From assembly GCA_938023335.1 (NCBI GenBank), contig CALIHA010000053.1:73015-137014 (forward strand): a stretch of DNA of 64,000 bases, given 5' to 3'. The translations under genes were made by a program, and so were the position numbers. The notes below the pieces were generated by a model, which saw only the letters and a program-made list of their open reading frames with translations, did no database searches and was not told the DNA's origin. Below, piece after piece: positions 43,835 to 52,248 of the stretch (positions are counted from its first letter, which is position 1; the number at the start of each line of letters is the position of its first letter). The stretch comes from an uncultured Collinsella sp. GTDB lineage: Bacteria > Actinomycetota > Coriobacteriia > Coriobacteriales > Coriobacteriaceae.

Positions 43835-44906
43835 TGAGTATGTGATCCCGGAGCACTACGAGGATCTTACTCCTGCTCCGCAGCTCGACCAGAAGACCCT
43901 CAACAAGATGGCTTGGCGCTCCTGCTTCCTGCAGGCATCGTTCAACTACGAGCGCATGCAGGCCGCTGGCTGGCTCTACTCCATCATCCCCGGTCTGGAG
44001 AAGATCCACACCAACAAGAACGACCTCGCGGCTTCCATGAGCCACAACCTGGAGTTCTTCAACACCCACCCGTTCCTCGTCACCTTTGTTATGGGTATCG
44101 TGCTTTCGCTCGAGCAGAACAAGGTTGACATCCCCACGATCCGCGCCGTCCGCGTCGCCGCAATGGGCCCGCTCGGTGGTATCGGTGACGCCCTGTTCTG
44201 GCTGACGCTCGTGCCTATCACGGCCGGCATCACCTCCAACATGGCTATCAACGGTAACGCCGCTGCGCCGCTGATCTTCCTGGTGATCTTCAACGTCGTC
44301 CAGTTCGCTCTGCGCTTCTGGCTCATGAACTGGTCCTACAAGCTTGGCACCAGCGCTATTGACGCTCTGACCGCCAACATGCAGGCCTTTACGCGTGCCG
44401 CTTCCATCATGGGCGTCTTCGTCGTCGGTTGCCTGGTCGTCACCATGGGTGGCACCCAGATCAACCTCCAGATCCCCAACGGCACCACCCGTGGCCTCTC
44501 CGCTACTACCGTGATCGTCTCCGAGAAGGAGGCCGAGAACTTCACCGGTATGGAGGGCATCGATACCGAGACCGCTGAGGCCGGTACCATCGCCATGACC
44601 GATGAGGACGGCAACGCCCTCACCGCTTCCGATGCCGACGGCAACGCTGTCGAGTGCGGCGTCACCGATCTGGGCAACGGCATGGAGTCCGTCACCTACG
44701 GCACCGTCACCGAGGATCCGGTCAACTTCTCTGTTGCCGACACCCTCAACACCATCGTCCCGAAGCTCGTCCCGCTTATGCTTACGCTGCTGCTTTACTA
44801 CATGTTCGCTAAGCACAGCTGGACCCCGACCAAGGGCATTCTCCTGCTCTTCGTCCTTGGCATCCTGGGCGCTGGCCCTCTTGGTCTCTGGCCGAGCATC
44901 TGGTAA
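43824..44906 (+). CDS. PTS mannose-family EIID component with an enlarged (about 90 aa) acidic loop near the C-terminus
   Basis: WRSCFLQASFNYERMQAAGW, FNTHPF; the ATG at 43824 overlaps the end of the IIC gene. Confidence 0.9.
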   Translation: MASNEYVIPEHYEDLTPAPQLDQKTLNKMAWRSCFLQASFNYERMQAAGWLYSIIPGLEKIHTNKNDLAASMSHNLEFFNTHPFLVTFVMGIVLSLEQNKVDIPTIRAVRVAAMGPLGGIGDALFWLTLVPITAGITSNMAINGNAAAPLIFLVIFNVVQFALRFWLMNWSYKLGTSAIDALTANMQAFTRAASIMGVFVVGCLVVTMGGTQINLQIPNGTTRGLSATTVIVSEKEAENFTGMEGIDTETAEAGTIAMTDEDGNALTASDADGNAVECGVTDLGNGMESVTYGTVTEDPVNFSVADTLNTIVPKLVPLMLTLLLYYMFAKHSWTPTKGILLLFVLGILGAGPLGLWPSIW

Positions 44907-44972
44907 GGCTCTAGCTTGAGGGGTGTGTCCCTACGCGGCTCACACCCCGACCCCTTAAGCCATGTGTATGTT

Positions 44973-45011
44973 AAAAGCCGCGTGCTCGAAAGAGCGCGCG
45001 GCTTTTGTTTT
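44973..45011 (+). terminator. Intrinsic terminator after the PTS operon
   Basis: AAAAGCCGCGTGCTC-GAAA-GAGCGCGCGGCTTTT then GTTTT. Confidence 0.8.
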
Positions 45012-45091
45012 CTTGATGATTCGGGTGTGGCAGACAGATAATGCTTAACACCCTAGGTAGTTAGCCGAATTCGAGCAAAAGGGAGGATAGG

Positions 45092-45823
45092 ATGGCGATC
45101 GGAGCGCGCAAGCAACCGCTGTACGATCAGCTGGTCGATATTCTGACCGAAAAGATTGACCATGAATATCGCGCCGGTGACATGATTCCTTCCGAGCGCG
45201 AACTTTCGGAGCGCTATGGTCTCTCGCGCACTACGGTACGCCTGGCTCTGCAGGAACTGGAGCGTTTAGGACTGGTGGTTCGGCAGCACGGTCGCGGTAC
45301 CTTTGTGACCGACCGTTCGGCAAAGGCAACCAATCTTATGCAGTCCTACAGCTTTACCGAGCAGATGCGCGCGATGGGTCGCGACCCCGAGACCACGATT
45401 CTCGATTTTTGCGAGATGGAGGCCGATAAGAATCTGGCCGAGCATATGGGATTACGTATCGGTGATCGCATTTTTAAGCTCAAGCGCCTTCGTTCTGCCG
45501 ACAACATGCCCATGATGGTCGAACGTAGCTATCTACCGGTTCGTCAATTTCTGTCCCTAAAGCGACCGCTGCTGGAGCGTAAGCCGCTTTACGATGTGAT
45601 TGAGCAAGACTTTCAGCAAAAAATACGCGTGGCCGAAGAGGAGTTCTATGCGAGCATAGCCCGTCCCACCGATGCCCACCTTTTGGAAATCGTCGAGGGC
45701 TCGCCTGTGCTCGATTTGGTTAGGACTACGTATAACGAGTCAAACGAGGTTGTGGAGTATACGCTCTCGGTTGCTCGTGCCGATCAGTTTAAATACAAGG
45801 TTTACCACCAGCGTAGCGATTAG
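45092..45823 (+). CDS. GntR-family (HutC subfamily, NagR/AgaR-like) transcriptional regulator
   Basis: IPSERELSERYGLSRTTVRLALQELE wHTH plus UTRA domain. Confidence 0.9.
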   Translation: MAIGARKQPLYDQLVDILTEKIDHEYRAGDMIPSERELSERYGLSRTTVRLALQELERLGLVVRQHGRGTFVTDRSAKATNLMQSYSFTEQMRAMGRDPETTILDFCEMEADKNLAEHMGLRIGDRIFKLKRLRSADNMPMMVERSYLPVRQFLSLKRPLLERKPLYDVIEQDFQQKIRVAEEEFYASIARPTDAHLLEIVEGSPVLDLVRTTYNESNEVVEYTLSVARADQFKYKVYHQRSD

Positions 45824-45862
45824 TGTCTGCACCGTTTCCATATGATGATTCTTTGTATTTAA

Positions 45863-45898
45863 CTGGTTACTACCAGATAACCAGCCGAAGTGTATAAT
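45863..45898 (+). promoter_or_regulatory. agaS promoter region: operator-like CTGGTTACTACCAG (45863-45876) followed by an extended -10 TGTATAAT (45891-45898)
   Basis: Read directly; about 40 nt upstream of the agaS ATG. Confidence 0.5.
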
Positions 45899-45937
45899 TG
45901 CACGTCAGAGGATTACTTCTAGAGAGAGGTATTAGAA

Positions 45938-47104
45938 ATGTTCGAGAAGAGTGTCGAGGAGCTCACCGAGCTCGGCGCCCAGATCACCACGGCCGAGATT
46001 GCTCAGCAGCCCGAGCTTTGGCGTGATACGCTCAACATCTATCGCGAGAACAAGGAGGCCATCGAGGCCTTTCTGGCTGAGGCTCGCGCTATGGGCGAGG
46101 GCCGTCTGTCCGTTGTCTTCACCGGTGCCGGTACGTCCGACTATGTTGGCGATACCTGCGCCCCGTACCTGCGTCACGCTGGCAACACTGATCTCTACGA
46201 CTTTAAGCCCATCGCCACGACCGATATCGTGAGCGCCCCGCGCGACTTCCTGCGCGCCGAGGATCCCACGCTCGTGGTTTCCTTTGCCCGCTCTGGCAAC
46301 AGCCCCGAGAGCCTTGCCGCCGTCGCCGTTGCCAAGGAACTCGTCCACAACGTCAAGTTCCTCAACATCACCTGCGCTCCCGAGGGCAAGCTCGCTGTCG
46401 AGTCCGCTGATGACCCCAATGCGCTGACGCTGCTCATCCCGCGCGCCAACGACAAGGGCTTCGCCATGACCGGTTCCTACACCTGCATGACCCTGCTCTC
46501 TACCCTCATCTTTGACGAGGCTTCCGACGAGCAGAAGGCCGAGTGGGTCGAGACCATCGCCAAGATGGGCGAGGAGGTCATCGCTCGCGAGTCCGAGGTT
46601 GCCGATTACCTGGCTGGCGACTTCAACCGCGTGACCTACTTGGGTTCCGGCTCCTTCGGTGGCCTTGCCCAGGAGAGCCAGCTCAAGATCCTCGAGCTCG
46701 CTCACGGTCTGGTCGCTACTTCCTACGACACCTCTATGGGTTATCGTCACGGACCCAAGTCCTTCGTCGACGACAAGACCCTCGTGTTCGTGTTCGTCAA
46801 CAACGATGCCTACACCCGTCAGTACGATATCGACATCCTCAACGAGATCGGTGGCGACGAGATCGCTCAGCACACCGTTGCCGTTCAGCAGGATGGCGCT
46901 ACCGTCTACGAGGGCGAGTCCTTCACCTTTAAGGGCTATGAGGTACTCCCCGAGGGCTACCTTGCCCTGCCGTTCGTGATGTTTGCCCAGGCCATCAGCC
47001 TGCTCAACTCCGTGCGCGTGGGCAACACGCCCGATACGCCGAGCCCCACCGGCACGGTCAACCGCGTGGTTAAGGGCGTGACGATTCACCCCTTCACCGC
47101 TTAA
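45938..47104 (+). CDS. agaS: SIS-domain sugar-phosphate isomerase/deaminase, AgaS-like (galactosamine-6-phosphate deaminase type)
   Basis: 388 aa, two SIS modules (VVFTGAGTSDYVG, SFARSGNSPES, YLGSGSFGGLAQES). Confidence 0.86.
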   Translation: MFEKSVEELTELGAQITTAEIAQQPELWRDTLNIYRENKEAIEAFLAEARAMGEGRLSVVFTGAGTSDYVGDTCAPYLRHAGNTDLYDFKPIATTDIVSAPRDFLRAEDPTLVVSFARSGNSPESLAAVAVAKELVHNVKFLNITCAPEGKLAVESADDPNALTLLIPRANDKGFAMTGSYTCMTLLSTLIFDEASDEQKAEWVETIAKMGEEVIARESEVADYLAGDFNRVTYLGSGSFGGLAQESQLKILELAHGLVATSYDTSMGYRHGPKSFVDDKTLVFVFVNNDAYTRQYDIDILNEIGGDEIAQHTVAVQQDGATVYEGESFTFKGYEVLPEGYLALPFVMFAQAISLLNSVRVGNTPDTPSPTGTVNRVVKGVTIHPFTA

Positions 47105-47120
47105 TCGCGTCCCCCCTGTA

Positions 47121-47165
47121 AGGGCGCCCGTCCGCTCATAACGGCGGGCGGGCGCTTTTTGTTTT
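47121..47165 (+). terminator. Hairpin plus T-run between agaS and nagA
   Basis: GGGCGCCCGTCCG...CGGCGGGCGGGCGC then TTTTTGTTTT. Confidence 0.6.
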
Positions 47166-47223
47166 CACTTGGACCGGGTATAAGCATCACCACAGTCAAC
47201 TGCTTTAGAAGCAAGGAGTGCAT

Positions 47224-48393
47224 ATGAGCACGTACGCAATTAAGGCTGACAAGTTCTTCTTGCCGGCAGGTCCGCAGCTGGGCGGCTATCTTATGGTCGA
47301 GGATGGCGTCTTTGGCGCCTGGCAGGCCGACGAGCCCTCTTGCGAGATCAAGGACTACACGGGATCGTGGATCGCACCGGGTATGGTCGATACCCACATC
47401 CATGGCTTCTACAACCACTCAACTACCGATAACGACCCCGAGGGTATCGATATCAGCTCGACTGAGCTCGCCCGTCGCGGTACCACCAGCTGGCTACCCA
47501 CGACGTTCACCGATGGCGTCGAGCAGATCAAGGACGCCTGCGCCGCCATCGCTCAGGCGGACGAGGGTCGCGGCCCCGACTTCTGCGGTGCTCGCATTCA
47601 GGGCATCTACCTGGAGGGCCCCTTCTTTACCATGAAGCACGTGGGCGCGCAGAACCCCGCTTATCTTATCGATCCCTCCGAGGAGGTCTTTGATCAGTGG
47701 CAGGAGGCTGCGGGCGGTCGCATCGTTAAGAGCGCCATGGCGGCCGAGCGCGACGGTGCCGCTGCTTATGCGGCTGCTCTGAACGCCAAGGGTGTGGTGA
47801 CCAGCATCGGTCACTCCGACGCCACCTACGATGAGTGCATCGCCGCCATCAACGCCGGTGCCAGCTGCTTTACGCATACCTATAACGGCCAGCGCGGGCT
47901 GCATCACCGTGAGCCCGGTGTCGTGGGTGCTGCTATGTCCACGTCCGAGACCTACGCCGAGATCATCTGTGACGGCAAGCACGTAAACCCTGCCGCCATC
48001 AAGGCGCTGCTGCAGGCCAAGGGCTGGCAGCACACGGTACTAATCACCGACTGCCTGGGCTGCGGCGGCATGCCCGAGGGCAGCTACACCAGCGGCGGCA
48101 TGGACGTCATCATGAAGGACAACCTGTGCTGGCTCGCCGATGGCAAGAGCATTGCCGGTTCGGTGCTCACGCTTGCCCAGGGCGTCAAGAACATCGTCGA
48201 CTGGGGCATCGCCAGCGCCGATATCGCCATTCGCATGGCAACCGAGGTGCCGGCACGCTCCGCGCACATCGAGGATAAGTGCGGCAGCATCATGCCGGGT
48301 CGCGACGCCGACTTTGTCGTGTTCGACCATGAGCTCACCCTCGTCGAGACGTATGTTGGCGGCCAGAGCGTCGGCAACGCCTTTACCGAGTAA
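47224..48393 (+). CDS. nagA: N-acetylglucosamine/galactosamine-6-phosphate deacetylase
   Basis: PGMVDTHIHG, GIYLEGPF, IGHSDATY, THTYNG; AAGGAG RBS. Confidence 0.9.
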   Translation: MSTYAIKADKFFLPAGPQLGGYLMVEDGVFGAWQADEPSCEIKDYTGSWIAPGMVDTHIHGFYNHSTTDNDPEGIDISSTELARRGTTSWLPTTFTDGVEQIKDACAAIAQADEGRGPDFCGARIQGIYLEGPFFTMKHVGAQNPAYLIDPSEEVFDQWQEAAGGRIVKSAMAAERDGAAAYAAALNAKGVVTSIGHSDATYDECIAAINAGASCFTHTYNGQRGLHHREPGVVGAAMSTSETYAEIICDGKHVNPAAIKALLQAKGWQHTVLITDCLGCGGMPEGSYTSGGMDVIMKDNLCWLADGKSIAGSVLTLAQGVKNIVDWGIASADIAIRMATEVPARSAHIEDKCGSIMPGRDADFVVFDHELTLVETYVGGQSVGNAFTE

Positions 48394-48468
48394 CGAAAGA
48401 AAAAGACGGCGGGCCCGAATCTGCTCGGACCCGCCGTACGGGTTAAACGCTCAAAAGCACCTTTACAG

Positions 48469-49053
48469 TTACAGCTTGCTAGCGATTTTCTTTGCCGTAC
48501 GCTTAACGCCGGCCACCAGGCCTCCTGCAGGATGCTCCTTCTCGTATGCTAGGCGCTTCTCGCGCTTGGCGTACTCTTCGACGATGATGTCTCCATACTC
48601 GTCTTCGATCTTGTCGAAGAAGTCGACGGCACCCTTAATTTCCTCAGCGGTCGGGTGCCCCTTTTGGACACCGCCGGTGAGTTTGAACGGCCCCCACGTA
48701 TCAAAGCCGGGGCAGCCGTAGACACCCATAAAGATGGCCTGCCTCATGCGGCAGATGCCATCGATATCCTTGCCGTACCACTTGTTTTTGCCACCGTAGG
48801 TCATAAGGCCAAACACCTTGTCCTGCGGCTGCAACACGTTAGTGAGCACGCGTGCCATGTCCTTGTCGATCTCGGAGTAATAGATGCCCGTGGCGACACC
48901 AATCAGATGGTATTCGTGCAGTTTGGGATACTCGTTTTTGCCGAGCGTTTTCACATCGAGGGTATCGATTTCGGGGTGCGCCTTGACGATGGCGTCCACG
49001 AGCTTTTTCGTATTGCCGTGGTGGCGCGAGGCGTAGAGGATGATGGTTCGCAT
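48469..49053 (-). CDS. Flavodoxin-like fold protein, antisense to the surrounding sugar genes
   Basis: MRTIILYASRHHGNTKKL; start at the internal ATG 49053. Confidence 0.72.
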   Translation of the reverse strand: MRTIILYASRHHGNTKKLVDAIVKAHPEIDTLDVKTLGKNEYPKLHEYHLIGVATGIYYSEIDKDMARVLTNVLQPQDKVFGLMTYGGKNKWYGKDIDGICRMRQAIFMGVYGCPGFDTWGPFKLTGGVQKGHPTAEEIKGAVDFFDKIEDEYGDIIVEEYAKREKRLAYEKEHPAGGLVAGVKRTAKKIASKL

Positions 49054-49209
49054 AAGAAGGCCTTTCAGCTGTAATTGCATCAATGTCTGTATGGTACCCC
49101 GTTACATGGCCGGGATACCGGACGCATCGATGAGCGTGCGGGTTTGTCCATTGGTCAGAGCCGAGACGGGTACTTGCGAGCAAAAAGCAGTTGTTCGAAA
49201 GGATGGGCA

Positions 49210-50091
49210 ATGGAATACGCTCTTTCCAACGATTCGATTTCTATTAAGGTGTCCACGGCTGGTGGCTCGTTTACCTCGATTGAGGCCGGAGGTCGCGAGT
49301 ACTTGTGGCAGGGTGACCCCGCCGTGTGGTCCGGCCAGGCGCCGGTCTGCTTTCCGATTTGCGGAGGCCTGCGCGATGGTAGTGCCATGACGTTTGCCGG
49401 GCATCATGTAAAGCTCGCTCGCCACGGCTTTGCGCGCAAGCAGGAGTGGAAGCTGCTGAGCCAAGGCGAGAACGAGTTGGCTATGTGCCTGGCTTCGGAG
49501 GATAACGCCGCGCTGCTGAGCGATTATCCGTATCCGTTTAGGCTCGTCGCCCGCTATACGCTCGAGGACGCCGCCGTGCGTGTCTCCTATGAGGTTACCA
49601 ACGAGGGCACCGAGGACATGCCGTTCTTTATCGGTGGGCATCCCGGCTTTAGGTGCCCGCTCGATGAGGGCGAGGCCTATACGGACTACGAGTTGCGCTT
49701 TGAGAAAGAAGAGGCTGCAGAGCTTTGCACCGCTGTCCCTTCGACTGGCTTGATTGACGTGGACAAGCGCTCCAAGAACCCCATGGTGGGAAAGACGCTG
49801 CCCCTGTCGCACGAGCTCTTCGATTTTGCGGAGACCATCTTTGACGTGCTCGAGAGCCGCCAGGTCACGCTTTCAAAAAAGGGAGAGGACAAAGGCGTTC
49901 GTCTGAGCTTTGAGGGTTTCCCGTATCTCATTGTGTGGAGTAAGCCCGAGGGCGATTTTGTGGCAGTTGAGCCATGGGGTGGCCTTTCGACCTGCTCCGA
50001 TGAGGACGACGTGCTTGAGCATAAGCGTGGCTGCCTTGTCGCCAAGCCCAAGGAGACCGTCGTTCGCTCGTTCACGATTGAGATTCTGTAA
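49210..50091 (+). CDS. Aldose 1-epimerase-family protein (LacX/YeaD-like)
   Basis: VCFPICGG, FFIGGHPGF, VAVEPW. Confidence 0.8.
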   Translation: MEYALSNDSISIKVSTAGGSFTSIEAGGREYLWQGDPAVWSGQAPVCFPICGGLRDGSAMTFAGHHVKLARHGFARKQEWKLLSQGENELAMCLASEDNAALLSDYPYPFRLVARYTLEDAAVRVSYEVTNEGTEDMPFFIGGHPGFRCPLDEGEAYTDYELRFEKEEAAELCTAVPSTGLIDVDKRSKNPMVGKTLPLSHELFDFAETIFDVLESRQVTLSKKGEDKGVRLSFEGFPYLIVWSKPEGDFVAVEPWGGLSTCSDEDDVLEHKRGCLVAKPKETVVRSFTIEIL

Positions 50092-50150
50092 TTCCGTTTT
50101 GTCGACTCGTATCGCGAGGCACAAGGAGCCTGCGAGATAAGGAGCTAAAA

Positions 50151-51086
50151 ATGATCCTCACCGTTACGATGAACCCGTCCGTCGATACACGCTATCAGCT
50201 CGATGAGCTCATTATCGACGACGTTAACCGTGTGACGCCCGAAAAGACCGCCGGCGGCAAGGGTCTCAACGTGGCCCGTGTGCTGGGTCAGCTGGGCGAC
50301 GACGTTGTGGCAACTGGTCTACTCGGCGGCCACATGGGCGCCTACATGGCCGAGCTCATGGATGCTAACGGCATTAAGAATGATTTTGTACCCATCAAGG
50401 GCGAGACTCGTATTTGCCTTAACATCCTCCACGCCGGCAACCAGACCGAGCTACTCGAGAGCGGCCCGACGATTGCCCCCGAGGAGCTCGATGCCTTTAC
50501 CGCCAAGTTCGCCGAGCTTGCGAGCAAGGCCGCTGTCGTTACCATCTCGGGTTCGCTGCCCCGTGGTGTCGAGGCGGGCTACTACGCCAAGATCACGGGT
50601 ATTGCCGAGAACGCCGGCGCCAAGGTGCTGCTCGATACCTCGGGTGCTTCGCTCGAGGCCGCCCTTAAGTCCGAAATTAAGCCCGAGCTGGTCAAGCCTA
50701 ACCTGACCGAGATTAACGGCCTTCTGGGCACGAGCTTTACCACCGACGATGTGGACGAGCTCCGCGCCGCGCTCGCCTCTGATGCCCGCTTCTCCGATAT
50801 CCCCTGGGTCGTCGTGTCCATGGGCGCTGCCGGCTCCGTGGGCTTCCATAATGGCCGTGCATTCCGCGCCAAGACCCCCGATATCCCCGCCGTTAACGCT
50901 ACGGGCTCTGGCGATTCGACCATTGCCGGCTTCGCGCATGCGATTGCTGCTGGCGCGGATGACGAGACGGTGCTGCGTACCGCCAACACCTGCGGCAAGC
51001 TCAATGCCATGGATCCCATGACCGGCCATCTGGTCATGGACCGTTGGGACGAGGTCTACAACGGCGTTGTCGTGACCGAGCTGTAA
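50151..51086 (+). CDS. lacC: PfkB-family hexose-phosphate kinase (tagatose-6-phosphate kinase / 1-phosphofructokinase type)
   Basis: ILTVTMNPSVD, AGGKGLNVARVL, NATGSGDSTIAGF. Confidence 0.83.
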   Translation: MILTVTMNPSVDTRYQLDELIIDDVNRVTPEKTAGGKGLNVARVLGQLGDDVVATGLLGGHMGAYMAELMDANGIKNDFVPIKGETRICLNILHAGNQTELLESGPTIAPEELDAFTAKFAELASKAAVVTISGSLPRGVEAGYYAKITGIAENAGAKVLLDTSGASLEAALKSEIKPELVKPNLTEINGLLGTSFTTDDVDELRAALASDARFSDIPWVVVSMGAAGSVGFHNGRAFRAKTPDIPAVNATGSGDSTIAGFAHAIAAGADDETVLRTANTCGKLNAMDPMTGHLVMDRWDEVYNGVVVTEL

Positions 51087-51100
51087 AAGCCTGGGCGTCG

Positions 51101-51251
51101 GCCCCGGCATTGCTTGCTAGCTCATGTCGACGACAAGTGCGGTAGCATTATGCTGGGGCGCGACGCCGAGTTTGTCGTGTTCAATCCCGACCTTACCCTG
51201 GTCGAGGCGTATGTGGGTGGCAACAGCATCGGTAACGCGTTTGCCGATTAG
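51101..51251 (+). pseudogene. Relic of the last ~50 codons of a second nagA-like gene (no N-terminal part; one apparent frameshift near 51119)
   Basis: AHVDDKCGSIMLGRDAEFVVFNPDLTLVEAYVGGNSIGNAFAD* aligns with the end of the intact nagA (AHIEDKCGSIMPGRDADFVVFDHELTLVETYVGGQSVGNAFTE*); 31 of 43 identical by my manual alignment. Confidence 0.75.
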
Positions 51252-51283
51252 CCGCCAAAGAAGCGATCCGAGAGGGGATTTAG

Positions 51284-51757
51284 ATGATTTACGGTGCATT
51301 GGGCGATATCGAGGAGTACCGCGGAATGCTCAAGGGCCTCGACGTGCTGATCGACTGGCTCGAGGAGAACGACCCGGCACAGCTCGAGGTCGGCAGCCAT
51401 CCGATTTTGGGTGAGAAGGTCTTTGCGAACGTCATGTCTCCCACGACGCGTCCCGAGGCTGAGGCTCACTATGAGACGCATCAGCGCTATCACGACCTGC
51501 AGATCGACGTCGAGGGTCGCGAGGCCTTCAAGGTCGCTACGGGCAGCCTGACGCTGGTCCAGGAGTTTGACGAGAAGGACGACTATGATCTGGTCGATTC
51601 CGACGCTTCGATCGCCGGCGATCTTGCCGACGACAAATTCGCGCTGTTCGTTGCCGGCGAGCCCCACATGCCCACGCTCGAGTTCCCGGGCGATGGCGCA
51701 CAGCCGGTCAAGAAGATCTGCTTTAAGTTGCTTGCCGACGCTTACTGGGAGGAGTAA
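51284..51757 (+). CDS. YhcH/YjgK/YiaL (EbgC-like, DUF386) family protein
   Basis: 157 aa; ETHQRYHDLQIDVEG, FALFVAGEPHMP. Confidence 0.83.
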   Translation: MIYGALGDIEEYRGMLKGLDVLIDWLEENDPAQLEVGSHPILGEKVFANVMSPTTRPEAEAHYETHQRYHDLQIDVEGREAFKVATGSLTLVQEFDEKDDYDLVDSDASIAGDLADDKFALFVAGEPHMPTLEFPGDGAQPVKKICFKLLADAYWEE

Positions 51758-51930
51758 CGCGCTGCTCGTCTGAGCTGCTCGTCTGATGGCGTGATTCCAT
51801 TGAGGAGCGCGCTTGGGCCCCGCTGATCGCGGTTCCTTTGGGGATTGCGGTTGGCGGGGCTTTTTGTTGAGTAGGGGAGTTGCCGGCGGCGTTGTGCTTG
51901 GATTGGCGGATGTGCGCCCGAAATCGGCAA

Positions 51931-51954
51931 CAAAAAAGCCGCCCGAAGGCGGCT
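51931..51954 (-). terminator. Terminator just downstream of tRNA-Thr
   Basis: AGCCGCC-TTCG-GGCGGCT followed by TTTTTT on the minus strand. Confidence 0.7.
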
Positions 51955-51965
51955 ATCTTGTGCAA

Positions 51966-52041
51966 TGGAGCCAGCGACCGGGCTCGAACCGGTGACCCCC
52001 GCTTTACGAGAGCGGTGCTCTACCAACTGAGCTACGCTGGC
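51966..52041 (-). tRNA. tRNA-Thr (anticodon CGU), CCA encoded
   Basis: Minus strand reads GCCAGCGTAGCTCAGTTGGTAGAGCACCGCTCTCGTAAAGCGGGGGTCACCGGTTCGAGCCCGGTCGCTGGCTCCA. It has a 7-bp acceptor stem, GTTCGAGCC T-loop and anticodon loop CTCGTAA. Confidence 0.93.
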
Positions 52042-52248
52042 GGCCATGTGATGACGCAACTGAGGCGTCAACGGCTGTTTATGATACGGGACATCGCACA
52101 TCCGCGCAAGTGTTCTGACGGCTTTTCTCACTTTAAATGCACTAATATTAGAGGCGTGATGTCTGCAGTGCCCATTTGGTACTTGACCTGCTGTTGAGTT
52201 GGTGGCCGACGTCCCGCTCGTATGGGTCTCAAACAGAATGGGGCAGCC

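Noticed and set aside
51124-51414. 96-codon ORF spanning the nagA relic and the start of the YhcH-family gene.
   Set aside because: It is in a different frame from both homologous readings and its translation is not protein-like. The relic frame and the YhcH gene explain the DNA.
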